A stretch of 64,000 bases of DNA from Bryobacterales bacterium (GTDB taxonomy: Bacteria; Acidobacteriota; Terriglobia; Bryobacterales; UBA6623): the NCBI GenBank assembly GCA_965206775.1, contig CBDBKU010000003.1, positions 1,672,884 to 1,736,883 on the forward strand, in the 5' to 3' direction. The translations under genes were made by a program, and so were the position numbers. Positions 38,197 through 47,836 of this stretch are shown piece by piece; position 1 is the first letter of the stretch, and every line of letters begins with the position of its first letter. Below the pieces are notes generated by a model. The model did no database searches and was not told the DNA's origin. It worked only from the letters and a program-made list of their open reading frames with translations.

Positions 38197-39532
38197 CGGC
38201 TGCCTCCCGGAAGCAGTTCGTGTAGAGATCCATCGCCACTCGCGATACCGTCTCCGTAGCGCAGACCAGCAAGGCTCCCTCGAGTTCCGGATAGAACCGG
38301 CCCAAGTCGAGACCTCCGACGATCTTCGACTCGAGAGCGAGTTGGTTGACCTCGCTCCCTGACTTTCCGCGAGGACGCACGACGAACTCGTTGAAGAACG
38401 GGCCCGAGAAAGGCAATTCGGCACCGGCGGACCGGAGAGCGTCTGACAGAAAGTGTGCCTTGGCTAGGTTTTGCTCAGCGAGCTCGCGCAGCCCCTGCCT
38501 CCCAAGCAGTGTCATGTAGACCGTCGCCATCAATGCGACCAAGGCTTGATTCGTGCAGATGTTTGAAGTCGCGCGCGCCCGCCGGATGTGCTGCTCTCTG
38601 GTCGCCAGCGTCAGACAGTATGCGCGCCGGCCTTGCGAGTCCAGCGTCTCCCCGACGAGTCGGCCAGGCATCTGGCGAATATGCCTTGTCTTGGTCGCAA
38701 GTATGCCCACGTAGGGCCCGCCGTAGCTGGGCGGATGCGCGAACGATTGCAATTCACCGGCCACGATATCTGCCTCCTTCGGAGGGGCGAGCAGCCCTAG
38801 AGAAGCCGCTTCCGAGACCACCACCACGAGGAGAGCACCGTGCCGGTGGACTAGTTCAGCCACCTCGCGGACCTGCTCCACGATCCCGAAGAAGTTCGGG
38901 GACTGAACGATCACCGCTGCCACGTCCGCGGAGAGCTTGGCGTTCAGATCCAAGAGGTCCAGCTGGCCAGTGCGCGGGTCGCATGCGACTGTCTCCGCTG
39001 GCAGGTTCTGGTGCTTGTAGTAGGTATCGAGCACTTGGCGGTACTCGGGGTGAACGGTCCGCGCCACGAGCAATCGCTCTCGCCGGGTAATCCGCACCGC
39101 CATCATCCCGGCTTCCGGCACCGCTGTTGAGCCGTCGTACATCGATGCGTTTGCCACGTCCATGCCGGTGAGTTGGGCGACCATCGTCTGGAACTCGAAG
39201 ATCGTGGTCAGGATCCCTTGAGAAATCTCCGCTTGGTACGGCGTGTAAGCCGTCAGGAATTCTCCTCTCGTGGCGATGGCGTCGACGACTACCGGTCTGT
39301 AGTGGTGATAGGCGCCGGCACCCAGGAAACACGCGTATCCTCTCGAGCTCTCGCTGGCACGGGCCTCGAAATAGTCGTGGATCTCGTACTCCGACTGGCC
39401 ATTCGGAATTGCCAGAGCTTCCTTCTGCCTCAGTGCGGCCGGAATGCTGGCGAATAGGTCGTCGGGCGAGTCCATGCCCAGCTCGGCGAGCATTTCCCCG
39501 CGTTCCGCTGGGGATTTGGGAAGGTAACGCAA
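38189..39532 (-). CDS. gcvPA: Glycine dehydrogenase (decarboxylating) subunit 1
   Basis: 447 aa (MRYLPKSPAERGEMLAELG... TAYTPYQAEISQG) in canonical GcvPA order within a gcvT-H-PA-PB operon. Confidence 0.9.
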   Translation of the reverse strand: MRYLPKSPAERGEMLAELGMDSPDDLFASIPAALRQKEALAIPNGQSEYEIHDYFEARASESSRGYACFLGAGAYHHYRPVVVDAIATRGEFLTAYTPYQAEISQGILTTIFEFQTMVAQLTGMDVANASMYDGSTAVPEAGMMAVRITRRERLLVARTVHPEYRQVLDTYYKHQNLPAETVACDPRTGQLDLLDLNAKLSADVAAVIVQSPNFFGIVEQVREVAELVHRHGALLVVVVSEAASLGLLAPPKEADIVAGELQSFAHPPSYGGPYVGILATKTRHIRQMPGRLVGETLDSQGRRAYCLTLATREQHIRRARATSNICTNQALVALMATVYMTLLGRQGLRELAEQNLAKAHFLSDALRSAGAELPFSGPFFNEFVVRPRGKSGSEVNQLALESKIVGGLDLGRFYPELEGALLVCATETVSRVAMDLYTNCFREAADE

Positions 39533-39547
39533 GCCGGGATCCCTCGG

Positions 39548-39940
39548 CTATCCGGCGGTTTCGGCCGCGACATACTCCGCGTACTGCTCGGCCGTCAGCA
39601 GGGACTGAACCTCGTTGCGATCGTAGAGCGTCATCTTCACCAGCCACCCTGCGCCGTGGGCGTCCTCGTTGATTCTCTCCGGAGCGTCCATCAGTTCCGC
39701 GTTGACGTCCGTGACGTCGCCGCTGATCGGCGCATAGATGTCAGAGACCGCCTTCACCGATTCGACCGCGCCTAGCAGCCCCTCCGATTGCAGCTTGGCG
39801 CCGACGGCGGGGAGTTCGACGAAGACCACGTCGCCGAGCTGGTCCTGAGCGTGATGCGTGATGCCGACCGTCGCCACGTCTCCATCGATCTTCACCCACT
39901 CGTGCTCGCGGGTGTAGCGGTATTCCGCCGGGTATTCCAT
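39548..39940 (-). CDS. gcvH: Glycine cleavage system H protein
   Basis: 130 aa with the lipoyl-lysine motif VESVKAVSDIYAPISG. Confidence 0.95.
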   Translation of the reverse strand: MEYPAEYRYTREHEWVKIDGDVATVGITHHAQDQLGDVVFVELPAVGAKLQSEGLLGAVESVKAVSDIYAPISGDVTDVNAELMDAPERINEDAHGAGWLVKMTLYDRNEVQSLLTAEQYAEYVAAETAG

Positions 39941-39945
39941 AGGTC

Positions 39946-41061
39946 TCAGTGCCTCTTACGCTGATAGAACGGTAGCGGGACGATTTCCGCGCCGACCGCC
40001 CGTCCGCGGATCTCGATGTGAATCGGCTGGCCGTCCCGACAGTATTTGACCGGCAGCATGCACAGGCCGATGTTCGTGCCTAGGTGAGGGGCTGGCGAGG
40101 CACTGGTAACGCGACCGGCGTCCTCGCCATCAACCAGCACGGGGTAGCCGTCGCGCGCGATCCCGCGCCCTCTCATTTCGAATCCCGCTATCTTTCGGCC
40201 GATGCCTCCGGCTTTCTGGCGGGCGAGCACCTCTCGACCGCAGAAGGCCGGCTTTCCGAGCTTGACGATCCAGCCGAGACCCGCCTCGTAGGGCGTGGTT
40301 TCGGCGTCGATCTCGTGGCCGTACAAGGACATCGCCGCCTCGAGCCGAAGCGTGTTGCGGGCGCCTAGCCCGCAAGGCCGGATCGATTCGCCCCTCCCTG
40401 CTTGCAGGATGGCCTGCCACGCATGCTCTGCCGCCGCAGGAGGGAGATACACTTCGAAGCCATCCTCTCCGGTGTAGCCGGTCCGGGCAACCATTGCTGG
40501 AATGCCGGCAAAGTCGCCGTGCGCGAACCAGTAGTATCGCATCCCTGCAAGGTCGAGGTCAGTGAGCCGGCTTGCGACAGCGAGGGCCTTCGGGCCTTGG
40601 ATCGCTAGCTGCGCGTATCGCTCGCTCGCGAAGTCGACTTCCGCGTCGAATCCGTTGTTGTCGCGGAGCCAGGCGAAGTCTGCAGCTTGGTTCGAGGCGT
40701 TGACGCAGAGGAGGTAGCGGTCGGAGGCGACCCGGTGGACGAGTAGATCGTCGACGAACCCGCCTCGAGGGTTGAGCAGTCCGCTGTACTGGGCTTGGCC
40801 ATCGCGAAGGCTCGCAGCCCGATTCGAGCAGAGCGAGTCGATCAGCTCCACGCTTTGCGGACCGCGGACCTCGATCTCGCCCATGTGGCTCACATCGAAG
40901 AGACCGACTCCTGATCGCACCGCCTTGTGCTCGGCCACGATGCCGTCGTATTCGACGGGCATGTCCCATCCGCCGAAATCGACCATGCGCGCCTTTGACT
41001 CGCGGTGGACGCGATTCAACGGGGTTTGCCGAAGAGCTATTTGGCCACCGGAATCAGCCAT
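39946..41061 (-). CDS. gcvT: Aminomethyltransferase (glycine cleavage T protein)
   Basis: 371 aa with GWDMPVEY, GLFDVSHMGE and a C-terminal barrel region. Confidence 0.95.
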   Translation of the reverse strand: MADSGGQIALRQTPLNRVHRESKARMVDFGGWDMPVEYDGIVAEHKAVRSGVGLFDVSHMGEIEVRGPQSVELIDSLCSNRAASLRDGQAQYSGLLNPRGGFVDDLLVHRVASDRYLLCVNASNQAADFAWLRDNNGFDAEVDFASERYAQLAIQGPKALAVASRLTDLDLAGMRYYWFAHGDFAGIPAMVARTGYTGEDGFEVYLPPAAAEHAWQAILQAGRGESIRPCGLGARNTLRLEAAMSLYGHEIDAETTPYEAGLGWIVKLGKPAFCGREVLARQKAGGIGRKIAGFEMRGRGIARDGYPVLVDGEDAGRVTSASPAPHLGTNIGLCMLPVKYCRDGQPIHIEIRGRAVGAEIVPLPFYQRKRH

Positions 41062-41089
41062 GACGCCGAGCCACCGCCGCTCTCGAAGG

Positions 41090-41345
41090 CGGCCGGAGGG
41101 AACGAATCGTTAAAGTTAACACCCGCTCCGTACACTGTCAACTTGCCTTCGGTTCGAGCGCGGACTCAGGTTGATGCGCCCCGCCGAAACCTCCGAAATT
41201 CGTGCCGGAAGCGGCCGTTTTCGCCTCTGCGGGGCCGGTTAGGCACCGGTTCGACGCATCGAAGCCGCGTTCCGGGTTCTGCGAGGCGGGAAGCGATTCC
41301 CACCTTCGGCATTTTCGATCTGTTGTACCGCTTGCGGAATTGGCG
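41090..41345 (-). promoter_or_regulatory. Structured gcvT 5' leader; possible divergent tandem glycine riboswitch (not confirmed)
   Basis: The 307-bp leader contains two CCGAAGG motifs on the sense strand, GCCGAAGGUGGGAA at 41310-41297 and ACCGAAGGCAAG at 41153-41142. One is followed by CUCGCAGAACCCGGAAC, which resembles CUCAGGCAAAAGGAC. A long-range helix CGGAGG/CCUCCG is also possible. I did not find the conserved GGAGAG elements. Confidence 0.3.
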
Positions 41346-41368
41346 TAGAGTAACGGGAGGCCGACATC

Positions 41369-43627
41369 GTGTCTGGACACGCATCATGCTTGGTTCTTTG
41401 TTGCTGGCTGGCTTCTGGGCTACTGCAGGCCGACGAATTTCAATCCGAGATCCGCCCGGTCTTGGTGGAGCACTGCCAGGCGTGCCATTCCCAGGATTCG
41501 GAGAACAGGATCCGCTTCTTGGAAGCGGAATCGGTCGCTGATATCTCTAGTGACAGGAGCCTTTGGCGAAACGTTGCGATGCAGTTGCGAAACCGGACGA
41601 TGCCGCCGGCCGGACAGCCCCCGCCGGAGAAGGATCGGTTCCGTGTTGCGTCTTGGATCGACGAGACCCTGCGGGCCACAGCTTGCGACCTCGGCGAGTA
41701 CGCGGGACCCGTGGTAGTGAGGCGGCTGAATCGCTCGGAGTACCAAAACACCGTGCAGGACCTGTTCGGGTTGCGGATCGAAGTCGCGGAATTGTTCCCG
41801 GTCGACGGGTCAGGAGGCGAAGGCTTCGACAACAACGGCGAGACCCTTTTCTTTTCCCCTCTGCTGGCAGAGCGCTATCTCGAGGTTGCCGAGCACATGC
41901 TGGACCAGGTGATCGTGACGCCTCCGCTGGGCCGCGCGTTCGTGGCGAGGGACCTGCTTCCGGGCCGCCAAGCGGACGAGCACGACTCCGTGCGGATGGT
42001 CCGAGGAGACTCGGTCAGCCGCACTGTTTCTTTCTACGAGGACGGCGACTACGTCGTAAGCGCTTGGATTCGATCCCCGTCTGCAGACGCGAATCCCGTG
42101 GCCGAAATCCGAGTGGACGGAACGGTAGTGGGTCAGGTCCAATTCGGCTGGTCCGCTGCCGAAGCGACCGCGCGCAAGAAGACGATCACTGTCAGCAGCG
42201 GCGAGCACGAGCTTTCCTTCGTGGTGAGGGACGACAGCCCGCCGTTGCGCCTGGTGTCGCTTGATATCGATCAGGAGCGAACCGCCCCTGAGCCCGCCCG
42301 GCTCGCCGCGCATTTCCGGCTGTTCGGTAGTCAGCCTGGACAAACGGTCCTCGCACCCCGGATCACGGCGGCGCGGCTGCTCCGCCGATTCATGGCGCGT
42401 GCGTTTCGCCGACCGGTCGAAGATGGCGAGGAGGCGCAGTTCCTGGCTTTGTTCGACCGCGCACGCGGTCGGGGCGATCCTTACGAGGCTGCCGTCAAGC
42501 TCGCGCTCAAGGCAGTCTTGGTGTCTTCCGATTTCCTGTTCCGCATAGAGTCCGTGCCGGAGGCGCCCGGGCTGCATCCGCTTTCCAGCCATGAGCTGGC
42601 GACGCGTCTGTCGTACTTCCTTTGGGGATCGATGCCAGATCCAGAGTTGAGGTACTTGGCCGACTCTGGGCGGCTTGCCGATGACGGCGTTCTAGCAGCT
42701 CAGGTGGACCGGCTCCTCGACCACCCTCGCTCTCGCTACTTCGCTAGGACGTTCATCGGTCAGTGGCTGGGGACGAAGGATGTTGGCGGGCGTGTCGCGC
42801 CTACTCTGAACGAAATCCAGCACTTCTACACGCCCTTGATCGCGGCCGACATGCGCGAGGAGCCCGTGCTGCTGTTCCAGCGCATGCTTGACGAGGATCG
42901 AAGCCTGCTGGAGTTCGTCAATGCAGACTACACTTACCTGACCGAGCGCCTTGCGCGGCACTACGGCATGTCCGACGCGGTGCGGGGGAACGACTTTCAG
43001 TTAGTGGCGACCCCCGGAGGTCGTCGCGGCGGCCTGCTCGGTCTCGGCGCCGTGCAGGCGATGAACGCAGCCTACAAGCGCACCAGCCCTGTCCTGAGGG
43101 GTGTCTGGACGCTCGAGACTCTGCTGGGAACGAAGATTCCGTCGCCTCCACCAGAGATACCGGCCTTGGAGAGCGAGGAGACGAAAAAGCGCAATCTCAC
43201 GGTCCGCGAAATGCTGAACGAGCACCGCGCGAGCCCGACTTGCGCGGCCTGCCACGACGTGATCGATCCCATCGGCCTCGGTCTCGAGAACTATGACTGG
43301 CTGGGCCGCTGGCGCGAGGTCGGCGATGACGGTCGTCCGGTTGACGCGTCGGGCGTGCTGCCTTCCGGCGAAGCGTTCGACGGACCGGCGGAACTTCGCA
43401 GGCTGTTGCTGGAACGGAAGGACGAGTTGCTCCGGCACGTTACCCGCAAACTGCTCGGATACGCTCTCGGAAGGACTATTTGGGATCTGGATCATTGCGT
43501 GATCGAGCGGATTGTACGGGAACTGCAGCCTTCGAATTTCGGTACTCGCTCGCTGGTCCGCAAGATCGTGCTTAGCAAGCCTTTCAGATTCACGAACGTG
43601 GAGTCAGCTGAAGAGCCAGGGGCTTGA
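41369..43627 (+). CDS. DUF1587/DUF1592/DUF1595/DUF1588/DUF1585 multi-domain protein with cytochrome-c-like motifs
   Basis: It has a signal peptide and the N-terminal motif CQACHS. The motifs RRLNRSEYQNTVQDLFG (DUF1587-type) and RGVWTLETLLGTKIPSPPPEIP (DUF1588-type) are present. The C-terminal motif is CAACHDVIDPIGLGLENYDWLGRWR (DUF1585-type). Confidence 0.85.
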   Translation: MSGHASCLVLCCWLASGLLQADEFQSEIRPVLVEHCQACHSQDSENRIRFLEAESVADISSDRSLWRNVAMQLRNRTMPPAGQPPPEKDRFRVASWIDETLRATACDLGEYAGPVVVRRLNRSEYQNTVQDLFGLRIEVAELFPVDGSGGEGFDNNGETLFFSPLLAERYLEVAEHMLDQVIVTPPLGRAFVARDLLPGRQADEHDSVRMVRGDSVSRTVSFYEDGDYVVSAWIRSPSADANPVAEIRVDGTVVGQVQFGWSAAEATARKKTITVSSGEHELSFVVRDDSPPLRLVSLDIDQERTAPEPARLAAHFRLFGSQPGQTVLAPRITAARLLRRFMARAFRRPVEDGEEAQFLALFDRARGRGDPYEAAVKLALKAVLVSSDFLFRIESVPEAPGLHPLSSHELATRLSYFLWGSMPDPELRYLADSGRLADDGVLAAQVDRLLDHPRSRYFARTFIGQWLGTKDVGGRVAPTLNEIQHFYTPLIAADMREEPVLLFQRMLDEDRSLLEFVNADYTYLTERLARHYGMSDAVRGNDFQLVATPGGRRGGLLGLGAVQAMNAAYKRTSPVLRGVWTLETLLGTKIPSPPPEIPALESEETKKRNLTVREMLNEHRASPTCAACHDVIDPIGLGLENYDWLGRWREVGDDGRPVDASGVLPSGEAFDGPAELRRLLLERKDELLRHVTRKLLGYALGRTIWDLDHCVIERIVRELQPSNFGTRSLVRKIVLSKPFRFTNVESAEEPGA

Positions 43628-43917
43628 CGGGGCGAGTCCGCGCGAGGGATGCGGCTCGACGCGGGCATCCAGCTGGATTCATCGGATGATCCGTCTTTCG
43701 ATGGCATTGCATTCTTATTCTTCTGGTTGGCGGGTCGACTCGAAACCATGTGTCGGTCGATTGTGGCAAGCACTTCCTCTATCCGGCCTTTCAGTCGCCG
43801 GACGACCGCACGGACCTAGGTCGCGAGAAACCGAAGTAACCGTTCGAAGCCGCACTTCCGCCGTCGTCGGCAGGAAGGATCGAGGGAATCGCTCTGCGTC
43901 ACTGTCGCCGGAGCGGT

Positions 43918-44298
43918 GTGTCCGGGAGAGCGTTGCTCGAAATTCATCACGCCCCGGGGCTGGTCGGCCCGCGGCAGTCAGGCAAGACCACCCTAGTGCG
44001 AGTGATCGCTGCAGCGGACTGCGAGGAGGCGTTCTTCGACTTGGGACGGGCAGCCGAGCGGCACGGGTTGGAGGCCAGCGAACAGGCATTGTCATCGCTC
44101 GCCGGCTTCGTTGTCATCGACGAGATAGAAAGGCAGCAGGAGCTGCTCGAAGCGTTTCGGGCGAGCGAACCTCTTGAGTGCTCCTTCGGGAAGCGAGACG
44201 GCGACAGCGTTGCGGAGGGCTACGTGCTGGTCCGTCTGCGCGGCACGGCTAGCGGGTGGCCAGGCGGACGAGGCCTCCGCTCTGCCCGCGAAGACTAG
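43918..44298 (+). pseudogene. Decayed AAA ATPase (AAA_14/DUF4143-family) remnant
   Basis: The N-terminal signature is retained (LVGPRQSGKTTL... FFDL ... FVVIDEIERQQELL). The ORF ends after 126 aa whereas family members are about 400 aa. A possible C-terminal fragment (TGIEFHV) lies in another frame near 44310. The surrounding 1 kb has no intact gene. Confidence 0.55.
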
Positions 44299-44600
44299 GG
44301 CAGCGTGACGGGAATCGAATTCCACGTCCAATAGGCCACGGGCAGGTGGCACCCGCATTCTCGACGGGCAGTGCTGCGCGCGCAGGAACAGTCCTCCCGG
44401 TTCCCGGCCCATTCCAAACCTGCGAGCCCGGTGGCTATGTATCGTGCACGACACAACCCGCAAATGGCAAGGACTGAGGACCACGCCGGGCATCGTGCAG
44501 CTGAATCGTCGCCCTACGCGCGTGCTCCATGAATAAGTGCGTTCACCACTGGTTTCATGGTGTTCGGATGCCGTGATGCATTCCTATACTAGGAGCGCCC

Positions 44601-47600
44601 ATGCTGCACGTTGGCGCTGCTAAGGACACCGAGCAAAACCTGCTCGACAAGAAATCAACGACCACCCACGAGCGAGTCGGTCCGCCTGACGGCAACCGCC
44701 ATCCGTCTCGATGGGCAGTCCCGCCGAACGAGCGGAATCGCCTGTTTGCTCTTTGGATCGTCCTCTCAATTCTCCTGGTCGGGGCGTCCGCGCAGGCTCA
44801 GCAAGTCGGCGATCAGCATGCGGAGCGCATGGCTCGTGGCCTTGAGGTCTTCCGGAACGACGTCCGTCCCCTGTTGGTCAGCACCTGCCTTGCGTGCCAC
44901 GGAGACGGACAGGTTATGGGAGGCCTCGACCTGACCTCGCGCGGCTCCTTCGTCGCTAGCGGGAAGGTCGGCATGTCAGCCGAGTCGAGCGCGCTTGTCG
45001 CCGTCTTGCGACACGAGCGAAAACCCTTCATGCCCTTCGGCCAGGACAAGCTGCCCGATGCGAAAATCGACGCGGTCGCTCGCTGGATTGACCTCGGCGC
45101 TCCGTACGACCAGCCCCTAGGTGGTGGCTCCGGCCCAGAAGACACGCAAGCGGGTGAAGACTCCCAGTTCTGGTCATTCCGGCCGCTCGCGGATCCCGAT
45201 CCCCCGGCGGTTGCTGACGAGGCGTGGGTTAGGACGCCAGTCGACCGGTTCATTCTGGCAAAGCTCGAAGGCGCCGGAATCGCGCCGAATTCGCCCGCGA
45301 GCCGCCGCACGATGATTCGACGTGCCTCGCTCGACTTGCTGGGGCTGCCGCCGAGCCCGGAGCGCGTCGAGGAATTCGCCCACGACTCGGAGCCCCGTTC
45401 GTATGAGCGCCTGATTGACGACCTTCTGGAGTCGCCGCACTTCGGCGAGCGATGGGCGCGTCACTGGATGGACATCGCGCGCTTCGCCGAGAGTTACGGC
45501 TTCGAGGAGGACTACGACCGTCCGTTCGCGTACCACTACCGGGATTTCGTGATCAAGGCATTCAATCGTGACATGCCTTACGACCGGTTCGTCAGGCTCC
45601 AGGTGGCAGGTGACGAATTGGAGCCGGAGAATCCGCTCGCGCTTGTGGCAACCGGATTCATGGGACACGGACCGTTTCCGACGGAGATCACAGAGGCGGA
45701 ATTCGAGACGTCGCGCTACGACGAACTCGACGACATGATCGGCACGCTCGGGACCGCGATGCTTGGGCTGACGGTAGGCTGCGCCCGCTGCCACGACCAC
45801 AAGCACGATCCAATATCAGCTCGCGACTACTACCGGATGGCAGCGATCTTCGGTCGCACGACCCGAACCACCATCGAACACGATCCAAACCCCGGGCAGT
45901 TCAGGAGGGAAAAGAGCAAATGGGAAGTCCGGCGAAGCCAGCTGCGTGAGGAACGAAAGGAAATCGAGCGCAAGCTGGGCGGCGAGGAATTCGAGCAGTG
46001 GCTCCGAGATGGCGCGCCTGGCTCTGGTGCTGTCGACTGGCAAGTCCTGGACATCGTAGACATCAAGTCCACAAGCCAGGCACGGACGGACATGCTGGAC
46101 GATGGCTCGATTCTCTTCAGCGGCGACAATGTCGACTTCGACACCTACCACCTCACCGCGGACATTGCCGCCCCGGCAATCCGGGCACTGCGGGTCGAAG
46201 CGCTGACGCACCCCACATTGCCGTTCAACGGCCCGGGTCGCTCGCACGACGGGGAGTTCTTGCTCGGCGTCGTTACCGCGGAGGCTCGACCGGTCTCCGA
46301 CCTCGAGGCCGAACCGGCGAAGCTCGATTTCGGGAGCGCCCGCGCGACGGACCAGCTGGATGCTGACTACTCCTCGGTGGCAGCGGCCATCGGCGACAAC
46401 AGCAAAAGGAGCGGCTGGGCGCTGCCGCCCCGAGAGATCGGATCGGACCATGCCGCGATCTTTGACTTCAAGGAACCCGCCCGGTTCGATGGCGGCTCCC
46501 GGCTGGTGATCAAGTTGCAATTCGGCTACAACTCGCACCTCAGCCTCGGACGCCTTCGCTTGTCCGCGACAGGCTCGAGCGAACCTGACTTCTTGGTCGG
46601 TGAGGGCATTCCGCAAAGGCTGGCCGAAGCTCTGGCCAGGCTTCGCGCGAAGGGCGCGGACGCTCTGTCGGACGCCCAGAAGTCTGCGCTGCTCGGGGAA
46701 TTCGCTCGCAAGGATGACAAGTGGCTAGCGGCAACTGCGGCAATCCGCGACCACGAGTCCCGGGTGCCTGTGACGTCTTTCACGAAGATACAAGCGACGG
46801 CCGAAGGATTCGCCAATCCGCGGCACAATGCGAACGGAAAAGGCTATCCGCACTACTACGAGCAGACTCACGTCCTTCAGCGCGGCGACGCGAGCCTCAA
46901 GCTGGAGCCTGCGGAACCAGAGGTATTGCCGATACTCGTCCGGCACGGCGCAGGAACGGCGCGATGGCCGGCGAAGCCACCCCCAGGATGGAAACGCAGC
47001 GGATTCCATCGAGCCTCCCTGGCTAACTGGCTGACAGACCCCGAACACGGAGCGGGCGCACTGCTCGCTCGAGTGATCGTGAATCGAGTCTGGCACCACC
47101 ATTTCGGTACAGGAATCGTGGCCACGCCCAGCAATTTCGGAAAGATGGGCGCACGTCCTAGCCATCCCGAACTGCTCGACTGGCTGGCACGGGATCTTGT
47201 CCGGAGCGGCTGGCGACTGAAGCGCCTGCACCGGTTGATCATGACCAGCAGCAGCTACAAGGTAGCTTCCTCGGGCGACATCGCGAAGGCGGCCGCCGAC
47301 TCGGCCAGTCGCCTTCGGTGGCGCTGGACGCCGCGACGGCTCGAAGCCGAGGCAGTTCGCGACTCAATGCTGACCGTGTCCGAAACCCTCGATCCCACCA
47401 TGTACGGTCCCGGAGCGCAGAACGAGAGCATGCCGAGACGGAGCGTCTACTTCTTCGTCAAGCGCAGCGAACTGATTCCCTCGATGATGCTATTCGACTG
47501 GCCCGAGCATCTGGTCGGCATCGGGCGGCGACCCTCCACCACCATCGCGCCGCAAGCGCTGCTCTTCCTCAACAGCCCGCACACCCGTCGGTACGCGGAA

Positions 47601-47831
47601 GGCTTCTCCGGTCGGCTGGCTGGCTTGGACCGGGAGGCGGCGGTCGACATGGCCTATCGGATCGCATTCGCGCGCCCGCCGGGACCGACCGAGAAAGCTC
47701 AAGGGGTGGCCTTCCTCGAGCGTCAAGGGGAACTCTACGGCAAGGATGGCAAGCCCGAACCAAGCCGGCTCGCGCTTGCCGATTATTGCCAGTCCCTGAT
47801 GAGCCTGAACGAATTCCTTTACATCCGGTGA
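44601..47831 (+). CDS. PSCyt1/DUF1549/DUF1553 family protein
   Basis: It has the CLACHG motif after a transmembrane/signal segment. The DUF1549 motifs are MIRRASLDLLGLPPSPERV and CARCHDHKHDPISARDYY. The DUF1553 motif is ARVIVNRVWHHHFGTGIVATPSNFG. It is a paralogue of 6763-10008. The start is uncertain (45-aa N-terminal extension). Confidence 0.85.
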   Translation: MLHVGAAKDTEQNLLDKKSTTTHERVGPPDGNRHPSRWAVPPNERNRLFALWIVLSILLVGASAQAQQVGDQHAERMARGLEVFRNDVRPLLVSTCLACHGDGQVMGGLDLTSRGSFVASGKVGMSAESSALVAVLRHERKPFMPFGQDKLPDAKIDAVARWIDLGAPYDQPLGGGSGPEDTQAGEDSQFWSFRPLADPDPPAVADEAWVRTPVDRFILAKLEGAGIAPNSPASRRTMIRRASLDLLGLPPSPERVEEFAHDSEPRSYERLIDDLLESPHFGERWARHWMDIARFAESYGFEEDYDRPFAYHYRDFVIKAFNRDMPYDRFVRLQVAGDELEPENPLALVATGFMGHGPFPTEITEAEFETSRYDELDDMIGTLGTAMLGLTVGCARCHDHKHDPISARDYYRMAAIFGRTTRTTIEHDPNPGQFRREKSKWEVRRSQLREERKEIERKLGGEEFEQWLRDGAPGSGAVDWQVLDIVDIKSTSQARTDMLDDGSILFSGDNVDFDTYHLTADIAAPAIRALRVEALTHPTLPFNGPGRSHDGEFLLGVVTAEARPVSDLEAEPAKLDFGSARATDQLDADYSSVAAAIGDNSKRSGWALPPREIGSDHAAIFDFKEPARFDGGSRLVIKLQFGYNSHLSLGRLRLSATGSSEPDFLVGEGIPQRLAEALARLRAKGADALSDAQKSALLGEFARKDDKWLAATAAIRDHESRVPVTSFTKIQATAEGFANPRHNANGKGYPHYYEQTHVLQRGDASLKLEPAEPEVLPILVRHGAGTARWPAKPPPGWKRSGFHRASLANWLTDPEHGAGALLARVIVNRVWHHHFGTGIVATPSNFGKMGARPSHPELLDWLARDLVRSGWRLKRLHRLIMTSSSYKVASSGDIAKAAADSASRLRWRWTPRRLEAEAVRDSMLTVSETLDPTMYGPGAQNESMPRRSVYFFVKRSELIPSMMLFDWPEHLVGIGRRPSTTIAPQALLFLNSPHTRRYAEGFSGRLAGLDREAAVDMAYRIAFARPPGPTEKAQGVAFLERQGELYGKDGKPEPSRLALADYCQSLMSLNEFLYIR

Positions 47832-47836
47832 GAAGT

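Noticed and set aside
38197-38424. Upstream extension of gcvPB
   Set aside because: It overlaps gcvPA out of frame, and homologous GcvPB proteins start near MSRVRPHPTLEEPLIFE.
44092-44493. A 133-aa minus-strand ORF opposite the ATPase remnant
   Set aside because: Most of it is antisense to the recognisable plus-strand remnant. A weak resemblance (VEFD...) to the DUF4143 C-terminus is not convincing.
47318-47836. Upstream extension of the DUF1501 gene offered by the ORF track
   Set aside because: It lies inside the 3' end of the DUF1553 gene in another frame. The ATG at 47837 gives a canonical Tat signal immediately after the upstream stop codon.
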